Assembly: GCA_963682135.1 (NCBI GenBank)
Contig: OY821645.1
Coordinates: forward strand, 992,001 to 1,056,000
DNA: 64,000 nt
DNA from: Methanothrix sp.
GTDB taxonomy: Archaea > Halobacteriota > Methanosarcinia > Methanotrichales > Methanotrichaceae
Reading direction: 5' to 3'
Below the pieces are notes generated by a model, which was given only the letters and a program-made list of their open reading frames with translations, searched no databases and was not told where the DNA came from. The position numbers were made by a program, and so were the translations under genes. Positions 19,729 through 27,953 of this stretch are shown here, piece by piece (the stretch's first letter is position 1; every line of letters begins with the position of its first letter).

Positions 19729-20088
19729 TCACCTCAAAATCTTTATGCCCGATCCCTTGGGATGCTCAAGCATCAGCTTCTCAATAGTCAGGCATTTCCC
19801 GCCTGCAGCCTGGATCTTGGACAATGCCTGGCTGCTAAAATTGAATGCCGCCACGGTAACGCTGTGTTCCAGATCTCCAGAGGCCAGCACCTTTCCAGCC
19901 ACCAGAACAGTATCGTTGGACTGGGTATGCCTATTGATCTTGCTGAGGTTTACAGCAGCGTAGTTGCGACTGGGCTTCTCCAGTCTCCGGGCGATATCGC
20001 GCCAGAGAGGTGCGCCAGTTTCGCGAGAGGCCGCCTTTAGTTCACCGATAAGACGGACTATCCTTGGATTTGTCTTCTCAAATGCCAT
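19729..20088 (-). CDS. rpl18e: 50S ribosomal protein L18e
   Basis: [25 protein letters not shown]. Confidence 0.96.
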   Translation of the reverse strand: MAFEKTNPRIVRLIGELKAASRETGAPLWRDIARRLEKPSRNYAAVNLSKINRHTQSNDTVLVAGKVLASGDLEHSVTVAAFNFSSQALSKIQAAGGKCLTIEKLMLEHPKGSGIKILR

Positions 20089-20094
20089 TTAATC

Positions 20095-20230
20095 CTCCGC
20101 ACGGCCCCAATCGGGCCGACTCACGCGCAAAGCCGCGCGCGTTCGAACCTGTTTTTCGGTTCATGCGCCCAGGGCACCAATTGTCCCTGTGCGGAATATT
20201 TAGATCGACAATGCGCCAGTATTTAAGGGT
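20095..20230 (-). promoter_or_regulatory. TATA box and structured 5' leader of the rpl18e operon
   Basis: TTAAATA on the minus strand at 20226-20220; four hairpins between 20102 and 20189; GGAGG RBS. Confidence 0.5.
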
Positions 20231-20369
20231 TTTCCAAAGCCATGGACAAGGCGACCTTAGAATTTCCCATGGCGATGCAAGCACTAAGATCGATAGATCA
20301 GTTGCGGATCATAGATACTTACCAAAAGTAAGATATTGAAGTACTATAAGAAAATTATAGTTAAGTGCA

Positions 20370-21632
20370 ATGATCGACCTCCTCCTCCCTGCGTGCATAG
20401 CTCTTGGCTTTGCTCTAGGAATCATAAGCGGACTCACGCCAGGCCTGCATCTGAATAACTTTGCCGCTATGCTGCTGGCCGTCTCGCCTCAGCTCCTGGG
20501 CCTCGGCCTCTCGCCTTTTCAGATAGCCTGCATAATCCTCTCCGCCAGCATCTCCCAAACTTTTTTCGATGCCATTCCGGCGATCTTTTTAGGCGCACCC
20601 GATTCCGAGGTGGCCCTGACGGTTCTGCCCGGCCAGAGGCTCATGCTGGAGGGGCGGGGCATCGAGGCGGTGCGCCTCTCTGCTCTGGGCAGTGCCGGAT
20701 CGGTTCTTTTTGCCCTTTTCCTGATCATCCCTCTCTCCTGGCTGGTCTCCAGCTACTATGATTATCTCACCAAATATGTGGGCATTCTGCTCCTGGCTAT
20801 CGCCCTCATGATGATTAAGTCGGAGAGAGGGCCGTGGATTGAAGGGCAGGGCGCATGGGTTCATTACAAGTACAAAGCCGTTGCGGCGCTGCTTTTTCTT
20901 ACCAGCGGCCTGCTGGGCACATTCGCCTTCGATCATGAAAACCTGGCAAGCTCGCCTCTGGGCCTGGAGCCGCAGGTGCTCTTGCCCCTCCTGTCCGGCA
21001 TCTTCGGTGCCTCTTCCCTGCTGCTCAGCTTTTCCACAAAGATGCAGATTCCTGAGCAGAAGGAGAGCGAGATCCGGCTCTCATCCTCTGCTCTAGCCAG
21101 GGCGCTCTTCTCCGGCGGCCTGGGCGGATCGGTGGTGGCATGGATTCCAGGCGTCTCGCCCTCCGTGGCTGCGATCACTGCGCGCCTGGGCGCGGCTCCC
21201 GGCCCTGAAGAGTTCCTGGTCTCTATTGCCGGGGTGAACACTGCCAACGCTCTCTTCTCTCTGGTGGCACTCTACGTTATCGACAAACCGCGCAGCGGAG
21301 CTGCTGCTGCCATTCAGGAGCTGATGGCCCTCGACCAGAGCGCATTAATCCAGATGATAATAATTGTAGTAATCGTGGCGGCAGCATCCTACCTGGCCTG
21401 CATCGCTGCGGCACGCCTGGCCGGACGGGCCATCTGCCGGCTGAACTACCGGCTTCTCTGCCTGGGGGTGCTGCTCTTCCTGGTGGCCATGACCTATGCC
21501 TTTACCGGGATGTTCGGACTGTTCATATTCTTCCTCTCCACAGTGGTGGGGCTGATTGCACCGGTGGCGGGAATTCACAGGACGCATGCCATGGGGGTGC
21601 TGATGCTGCCGCTGATATGCAGGTATATTTGA
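20370..21632 (+). CDS. Archaeal TctA-like (tripartite tricarboxylate transporter) permease
   Basis: GIISGLTPGLHLN, IPAIFLGAPD, LPGQRLMLEGRG, WIPGVS; polytopic membrane protein. Confidence 0.85.
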   Translation: MIDLLLPACIALGFALGIISGLTPGLHLNNFAAMLLAVSPQLLGLGLSPFQIACIILSASISQTFFDAIPAIFLGAPDSEVALTVLPGQRLMLEGRGIEAVRLSALGSAGSVLFALFLIIPLSWLVSSYYDYLTKYVGILLLAIALMMIKSERGPWIEGQGAWVHYKYKAVAALLFLTSGLLGTFAFDHENLASSPLGLEPQVLLPLLSGIFGASSLLLSFSTKMQIPEQKESEIRLSSSALARALFSGGLGGSVVAWIPGVSPSVAAITARLGAAPGPEEFLVSIAGVNTANALFSLVALYVIDKPRSGAAAAIQELMALDQSALIQMIIIVVIVAAASYLACIAAARLAGRAICRLNYRLLCLGVLLFLVAMTYAFTGMFGLFIFFLSTVVGLIAPVAGIHRTHAMGVLMLPLICRYI

Positions 21633-21656
21633 GCACAAAAAGCAGACATTATTTAA

Positions 21657-22355
21657 GTGCGAAATGATGTAATTAGGGATATGATAGGACAGGATGCAAC
21701 TGACGATAAAGAGTTTGAGAAAAGAATAGCCAAAGAATTAACAAGGGCTTTCCTAACTAAAATTCTTTCTGAAGGAATTATTGACAAAAAAAAGGCAGAT
21801 GATATTGATTATATTCGATCGGTTATAAAAGAAGAGTTAAAAGAATGCGAGCTTAAAATAAATAATGTGGTGATGATACATAATAACTTCCTTGAATTTG
21901 CCAAGGATGCTATAGATAAAAAAGAGCCAATGATAGCATTGGTTTTAATAGCCACCGCTGTTGAACAAATAATAAACTGTTATTAACGGTTCTTCTTGCA
22001 GTATCGATGTGTTTCTGAAGAAGATATTACTCAGGTTATCAGAAGAAATAATATTGATGCTAAAATTGGATGGTTAATGCCTCTCATATTAGGATGTGAA
22101 TTAAATAATTCTCTAAGAAAAAGGATCTTAAATTTAGCTGAATTGAGGAATAGAATCGTCCATTACAAAGCAGAACCTTGTGGATATGATGAGGATAGTG
22201 AAAGTCATAACGGAATTGCAAACATGACAGATCAGATTAATTTTTCAGATATGCTTTCGATTCCGATTGAGTTAGAGACCGAATTAGAGTTCCTTTTGGA
22301 AAAAGAAAATCCAAATCACCAACTAGCCAAGAAAATTACCGAAGCAATGTTTTAA
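21657..22355 (+). pseudogene. HEPN-like protein interrupted by one in-frame TAA (21984-21986)
   Basis: ORFs 21657-21986 and 21996-22355 share a frame (..INCY*RFFLQ..); the distal half carries LRNRIVHY (RNxxxH); AT-rich. Confidence 0.7.
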
Positions 22356-22486
22356 GAATAATATATCTAACTGAATTTAATAAAAATATGGAAATCCAGA
22401 TGATGGTTTGCTTCATTTCAACTGGAGGACGGAGTATTCATTATCCTTTGCGATCCCATATTTGATAGAACATAGTTTTTTATTCA

Positions 22487-23527
22487 ATGCAATCAAGTCC
22501 TGAAAAGAGCATGACGGGAAAGAAAGAAGTAATTGAATCCGGCGAATTTGGGCGGAATCTCGATGAGCTGGTTCCGGCAAAAGTGCTGTTAGCGGCCCGA
22601 GACGATATTCAGAAGGCCATTCCGGCTCTAGCCAAAGATCCTGTGGCAACTCTGTCCATTGAGAGGGCAGCAAAGCGCGTGCCAGCGCGCCACCAATTGA
22701 TTCTTGGTGACAGCAGGCAAATGGATGAGATTGAAGATGAGAGTGTTCATCTGGTGTTTACGTCCCCACCTTATTGGACACTGAAGCAGTATCCGGATCA
22801 AGAAGGGCAATTAGGCAGAATCGAAGATTACGAAAAATTTCTGGAAAATTTAGATCTGGTCTGGAAGAATGCTCTCAGAGTCCTGGTGAAGGGAGGAAGA
22901 CTCATCGTAGTAGTAGGTGATGTATGTCTTCCGAGGCGCGATTTCGGCAGGCATGTTGTTTTTCCTCTTCATGCGGCAATACAGGAGCATTGTCGAAATA
23001 TAGGTTTTGATAACCTGGCTCCCATAATATGGCATAAAATTGCAAATGCCCAGTTTGAATCCAAGAGATGCACGAATTTTTTGGGCAAGCCTTATGAGCC
23101 GGGTTCAATAATAAAAAACGATATAGAATATATTTTGTTTCAGAGAAAGCCCGGTGGGTACCGTCAGCCCACGCGCGCTGCAAGACTATTGTCGGTTATT
23201 CCCGAAAAATGTCACAGGAAGTGGTTTCAGCAGATATGGGATATAACCGGCGCATCGACCAGGGAACACCCTGCGCCGTACCCATTAGCTCTGGCAGAGC
23301 GGCTGATTCGCATGTTTTCCTTTGTGGGAGATACTGTACTTGACCCATTCATGGGAACAGGCACTACAAACCTGGCTTGCGGCCTCTGGGGACGCAGCAG
23401 CATAGGATATGAGATCGAGCCTGCATATTTTGATATGGCCTGCCGTCGCATGAAGAGCCTTAAAGGAACTCAGCTTACCTTTGATTCTATCAATTCCATG
23501 GAAGTGAAGCCGCCTTGCCCGGTATAG
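22487..23527 (+). CDS. Site-specific DNA methyltransferase (N4-C/N6-A, beta class)
   Basis: TSPPY (motif IV) precedes HPAPYP and VLDPFMGTGT (motif I). Confidence 0.93.
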   Translation: MQSSPEKSMTGKKEVIESGEFGRNLDELVPAKVLLAARDDIQKAIPALAKDPVATLSIERAAKRVPARHQLILGDSRQMDEIEDESVHLVFTSPPYWTLKQYPDQEGQLGRIEDYEKFLENLDLVWKNALRVLVKGGRLIVVVGDVCLPRRDFGRHVVFPLHAAIQEHCRNIGFDNLAPIIWHKIANAQFESKRCTNFLGKPYEPGSIIKNDIEYILFQRKPGGYRQPTRAARLLSVIPEKCHRKWFQQIWDITGASTREHPAPYPLALAERLIRMFSFVGDTVLDPFMGTGTTNLACGLWGRSSIGYEIEPAYFDMACRRMKSLKGTQLTFDSINSMEVKPPCPV

Positions 23528-24249
23528 ATCAATTCGTCTTTTCCAACTGTGTCAAGGAATTCTGGCGCACCAGAGAAAGACAGGCCTATGCCCAAAAACA
23601 GCGAGGGCAATCCGATCAGGGTTCAAGAAGTGCCGTAACTGGCGGAAAGCAAATGGACGGCTTTTCAAGATCTATCTCGAGACTCCTGATTGAGGCGGGA
23701 ATTGATGAGGAGAATATATTTCAAAGAATCTCCGTAGAGCTGCCAGGATATTTCCGGCCCACAAAGGAGTGGGATATAGTGGTTGTGTCAGACGGCAATC
23801 TCATCGCCGCCATCGAGCTTAAATCTCAGATCGGGCCATCTTTTGGCAATAATTTTAACAATCGCACTGAAGAGGCTTTAGGCACTGCCATGGACATCTG
23901 GACCGCCTATCGTGAGGGGGCTTTCCGTACATCACCTGCACCTTGGCTTGGTTATCTGCTGCTCTTAGAAGATTGCCCTGAATCAAGACGCCCCGTTGGT
24001 GTCAGAGAACCGCATTTTCCGGTATTTCCGGAGTTTATCGAGGCATCTTATGCCAAACGCTATGAGTTGTTCTGCAGGAAACTGATTAGAGAGAGGCAGT
24101 ACAATTCGGCATGCTTCATCACCTCTGACCGCAAAAACGCGAATTTAGAAAATAACTATGGAGAGCCTGCAAAGGATCTCACTGCCGCTCAATTTCTCTC
24201 AGGGCTTCTCGGCCACGCCGGCAGCATAAAGAATGCCAAAATAGGATAA
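23515..24249 (+). CDS. PaeR7I/XhoI-family type II restriction endonuclease
   Basis: R.AVTGGKQMDGF, LPGYFRPTK.WD, ELKSQ.GPSFGNNFNNRTEEA.GTA.D; overlaps the MTase stop. Confidence 0.9.
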   Translation: MPGIDQFVFSNCVKEFWRTRERQAYAQKQRGQSDQGSRSAVTGGKQMDGFSRSISRLLIEAGIDEENIFQRISVELPGYFRPTKEWDIVVVSDGNLIAAIELKSQIGPSFGNNFNNRTEEALGTAMDIWTAYREGAFRTSPAPWLGYLLLLEDCPESRRPVGVREPHFPVFPEFIEASYAKRYELFCRKLIRERQYNSACFITSDRKNANLENNYGEPAKDLTAAQFLSGLLGHAGSIKNAKIG

Positions 24250-24293
24250 GCTTCCTGTCCGGGCGGGGCCATCATCCTATTCTTCCCGTCCCT

Positions 24294-25040
24294 TCAGCCC
24301 CCGCCCAAGAGCCCCAGAACCTCCTTTCTCATCTCCAGAAATTGCCCGCTCATGCTATCCCTTGGCCGCTCCAACTCGATCTCCATTATCTTCCTGACCC
24401 TTCCCGGATTGGCGCTCAGGATCACCAGCCTGTCCGCCAGAAATATGGCCTCTTCTACGCTGTGAGTGACGAGCACTATGGCTTTGGCCGTCTTCTCCTG
24501 GATGCGAATTATGTCGGACTGAATCTGCTTTCTGGTCTGAGGGTCAAGGGCGGAGAACGGCTCGTCCATGAGCAGCAAAGAGGGCTCCAAAACCAGGGCT
24601 CTGGCCACTGCCGCTCTCTGGCGCATGCCTCCGGAAAGCTCGTAGGGACGGCTACGCGCGCTGTCCTGCAAGCCCACCAGCTCAAGGTATTTCATGGCTT
24701 TCTCCTGCCTTTGCGTCTTGGGCATCTCCTGAATTTCCAGTCCCAGGGAGACATTATCGAGCACACTGCGCCAGGGAAGCAGAGCATGCTCCTGAAAGAT
24801 CATCCCCATCCTCGACCCCGACCTGGTTACGATCTCTCCATCCAGAAGCACCTCTCCTTTCGTCGGCGGTTCCAGTCCGGCAATTATCCTGAGCAGAGTA
24901 GTCTTTCCGCATCCAGATGGGCCCAGGATGCCCACCACCTCCTGCTCATTTATTTGCAGCGAGATATCCTGCAAGACCACAGCTTTCTTGCCATTTCCCT
25001 GATCGAATTGCTTTGTTACTGCCTTCAGCTCCAGCATCAT
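24294..25040 (-). CDS. ABC transporter ATP-binding protein (SsuB/TauB/NrtD type)
   Basis: GPSGCGKT, LSGGMRQR, LLMDEPF, VTH. Confidence 0.95.
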   Translation of the reverse strand: MMLELKAVTKQFDQGNGKKAVVLQDISLQINEQEVVGILGPSGCGKTTLLRIIAGLEPPTKGEVLLDGEIVTRSGSRMGMIFQEHALLPWRSVLDNVSLGLEIQEMPKTQRQEKAMKYLELVGLQDSARSRPYELSGGMRQRAAVARALVLEPSLLLMDEPFSALDPQTRKQIQSDIIRIQEKTAKAIVLVTHSVEEAIFLADRLVILSANPGRVRKIMEIELERPRDSMSGQFLEMRKEVLGLLGGG

Positions 25041-25795
25041 CGCTCGTATGCCCTCCAGGAGAACCGTCTTCTTTCCACGATTATGAAGAAGCGATCAATG
25101 AGTATGCCTAGGACGCCAATGGCTACCATGCCCGCCACTACTACCTGGATCTGCCCCCAGCCGTAAGCATACATGATCAGGTACCCGAGACCAGAGCTGG
25201 TGCCGGGCAGCATCTCCGCTGCCACCACACACATCCAGGCGATGCCAAAGCCTACCCGCATTCCCGTCCAGATCTCGGGAGCGCTGCCAGGCAAGATGAC
25301 CTTGGAGATGAGATGGACCTCACCCGCGCCCATCATGTAGACCGCCTCCTGCCAGGATCGCTTTACGCCCAAAACTCCCTGTGAGGTGCTGAGCAGAATC
25401 GGGAAGAACGCCCCGAGAGCGATTATGAAAACCACAGATGCCAGCCCGATCTTGAGCCAGGCCATGGCCAGAGGCACCCAGGCCAGGGGCGGCACCGGCC
25501 GCAGAGCCGAGATCAGGCCCTCCGAGATGTCTTTAAACACCTCCCAGCGGCCCATCGCCACGCCCAGAGGCACCGCGAGAAAGGCGGCTAGGAGAAAACC
25601 CAGTGACACTCTGACCAGACTCACTCGGGCATTTTCCAGGAGAGAGCCGCTGCCCAGGATGTCTGCCGTCGGCTTGAGAAGGACAGAAAGGACCGCGTCA
25701 AGAGTGGGCAGCACGAATGGATTGTTGACGTATTGAGCCAGAGCTTGCCAGACCAGGATCACGGCAAGAGGAAGGATCAGTTTTCTAATCATCAA
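25037..25795 (-). CDS. ABC transporter permease (SsuC/TauC type)
   Basis: LRPVPPLAWVPL, AWMCVVAAEM, GLGYLI. Confidence 0.93.
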   Translation of the reverse strand: MMIRKLILPLAVILVWQALAQYVNNPFVLPTLDAVLSVLLKPTADILGSGSLLENARVSLVRVSLGFLLAAFLAVPLGVAMGRWEVFKDISEGLISALRPVPPLAWVPLAMAWLKIGLASVVFIIALGAFFPILLSTSQGVLGVKRSWQEAVYMMGAGEVHLISKVILPGSAPEIWTGMRVGFGIAWMCVVAAEMLPGTSSGLGYLIMYAYGWGQIQVVVAGMVAIGVLGILIDRFFIIVERRRFSWRAYER

Positions 25796-27114
25796 ATGGT
25801 TTCTGATGCTCTCACGCCCTGCAAGCCGGATGCTCTCAGTGCATCCTGGAATATCACGTCTGCAATGGTCCCCAAATCCGGATCTCCTATCTTGAGCGGG
25901 CGGCCCTGGGCAAAGGAGGCTTTAGCCTGAGATACGAAATCATCCCAATCTTCTGCCCCGGATGCGGTTGCCAGGACCAAGCCTGAGCCTAAATTCTGCA
26001 CCGGCTGAATAATTCTAGCTTCACAGCCCAGGCTGATTGATCCGATGGCCGGAGTTATGCCTACTATTGCCATATCCAGGTTGTCTTGCTCCATCAAGGT
26101 CATAAGATTCTGCCCGGTAGGCGCGGATATAAGCTCCACATCGGCCGCTTTTTGGCCGTTGATAATCAGCTCCAGATATCGGGGCCGATTGAGGTCCTCC
26201 ACCGGCTTTAACGCAATCCCCCATCTCTTCTGGAAATATTGCCAGTTCTTGACAGCGGCAAAGAGTGGTGCCTGGTGATCGATCATGAGATATCCGATTC
26301 GGATGAGATTATTCCCCGGATTACTACTATTAGAATGATAAGATGATGCATTACCTCCAGATGCGATCCAGTTGACTGCCCTGCAGTATGGTCCCAAGTC
26401 CATAAATTCCGATACTTGAGTTTGGGACCCATTGTGCTGTACGCTATCAATGGTATTGAGAATATCCCCCATCCGATCTACGAGGATTTGTGCAGAATCA
26501 TTCCATTCTCTGTTTGCCTCTGAAGAGAACACAAAAGTGGAGAGTGACTGATTAAACAGGCTAATTGGAGAAATAATCCGGCTGCCCAGCAAATAATCCC
26601 GGTCACCCATTAGCCAATCGGTAGTGATTTTCGGCAAAGCTTCCGGATGCTCCTTTGCATAATCGTCTCCCGAGAGAAGAATTACGCTCACGGCCATGGC
26701 CATATCCGGATTATTCTGCAAAATTTCATTGCTCGCGACCAGAACACAGCAAGGATGATTATGCCATACGCCTTCAGGCGGAAATTCTTGCGAGAGGGCG
26801 ACAACTTTTCCGATGCCGCTCTTCTCAGCCAGAGACAGGTAGGGTTGCCAGGCCACGTAGCCGTCTATCTGGCCAGTAGTAAGCAGCACGGGAAGGATGC
26901 TCTGACCTTTGCAGAAAAGGAGCTCAACCTCTGCAAATCCTTTATCCGCACGGTTCACTTTTTCAGGGGCATCGTCCCAAGACGATGATGATGAGCAGGC
27001 AGCAAAGATCGATATCATGAAGACAGAAGAGAGAATGATTCGGGCCGCACCTGATACAATGTGCATTAATTCTCTAATGCTGTTTACGTATATATTCACT
27101 GCGATCTCAAACAA
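25792..27114 (-). CDS. ABC transporter substrate-binding protein (SsuA/NrtA-like, apparently circularly permuted)
   Basis: IDGYVAWQP and HPCC in the N-half, IGYLMIDHQAPLF in the C-half; N-terminal hydrophobic segment; start uncertain. Confidence 0.82.
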   Translation of the reverse strand: MFEIAVNIYVNSIRELMHIVSGAARIILSSVFMISIFAACSSSSSWDDAPEKVNRADKGFAEVELLFCKGQSILPVLLTTGQIDGYVAWQPYLSLAEKSGIGKVVALSQEFPPEGVWHNHPCCVLVASNEILQNNPDMAMAVSVILLSGDDYAKEHPEALPKITTDWLMGDRDYLLGSRIISPISLFNQSLSTFVFSSEANREWNDSAQILVDRMGDILNTIDSVQHNGSQTQVSEFMDLGPYCRAVNWIASGGNASSYHSNSSNPGNNLIRIGYLMIDHQAPLFAAVKNWQYFQKRWGIALKPVEDLNRPRYLELIINGQKAADVELISAPTGQNLMTLMEQDNLDMAIVGITPAIGSISLGCEARIIQPVQNLGSGLVLATASGAEDWDDFVSQAKASFAQGRPLKIGDPDLGTIADVIFQDALRASGLQGVRASETI

Positions 27115-27192
27115 ATTTTTATAACGTCCAAGAAAAATAGATTCTTCAGGGTTTATTCATCAACCCTGACCCAATTTGTACCCATTGAGTAA

Positions 27193-27378
27193 TCAGTATC
27201 TTCTGGGTGGTCTGGCTGGCCTGTGCTTCTGGTAGCAATCGCTGCAGTAAACCGGCCTTGAGCCATCGGGCTTGAAGGGAACTTGACATGTCTTTCCGCA
27301 CTCAGCGCAGGTGGCATCGTGCATCTCTCTTGGTCCGCGGCTAAAGCCGCCTCTGTTGCCGCTTCCATATCCTTCCAT
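27193..27378 (-). CDS. CxxC-x17-CxxC zinc-ribbon protein
   Basis: PREMHDATCAECGKTCQVPFKPDGSRPVYCSDCY. Confidence 0.92.
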   Translation of the reverse strand: MEGYGSGNRGGFSRGPREMHDATCAECGKTCQVPFKPDGSRPVYCSDCYQKHRPARPPRRY

Positions 27379-27458
27379 TTTAATTCACTTACCTTTGGCA
27401 TCGATTCCATGAATCGATCCTACTACAAAGCATCCTGTAGAAATCTAATTATATTATC

Positions 27459-27947
27459 TTGTTGGGAAGAGAGGCAATAATGGACTCAATTAAAGCAAAA
27501 GCAACATTAATGACCCTTGCGATCCTCTGTCTGCTGCCTCTGGCCATGACAGGAGACTGCCGGGAGGCTCTTGAAGGGCAAACGTATCGCAACAACTCGG
27601 AGCAGGCACATGTGTTTCCAGATGCCCCAGTTGTCTTGAATGACGATACACTGGACGAGGCAATCAAGATTTATTCGTATCTCGTCTTGGACTGCTGGGA
27701 GATAGGCTGCCCACCCTGCAGGCTTATCGAGCCAAAGATAGACCGAATGGCAGAAAAATTTAGGGGCCGAATCGTCTTCGCGAAGCTTTGCATTGACAAG
27801 AATCCCATTACCATGAGCAAATATGGCATATCAAGAACACCAACCCTGCTTGTCTTCAAGAATGGCACTATTGTGTCTATGCAAGTGGGTAATTATCCCC
27901 AAGTGGAGCTGGAACGCATGATTCTGACAGTCCTGGATATGCGATGA
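27459..27947 (+). CDS. Exported thioredoxin-family protein
   Basis: Signal peptide, LDCWEIGCPPC, YGISRTPTLLVFKNG. Confidence 0.88.
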   Translation: MLGREAIMDSIKAKATLMTLAILCLLPLAMTGDCREALEGQTYRNNSEQAHVFPDAPVVLNDDTLDEAIKIYSYLVLDCWEIGCPPCRLIEPKIDRMAEKFRGRIVFAKLCIDKNPITMSKYGISRTPTLLVFKNGTIVSMQVGNYPQVELERMILTVLDMR

Positions 27948-27953
27948 GATCAC

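Noticed and set aside
20130-20165. GGTTCGAA as a tRNA T-loop upstream of rpl18e
   Set aside because: No acceptor stem, D arm or anticodon arm can be folded around it
21984-21986. Stop-codon recoding (Pyl/Sec) in the HEPN-like gene
   Set aside because: The codon is TAA, not TAG or TGA
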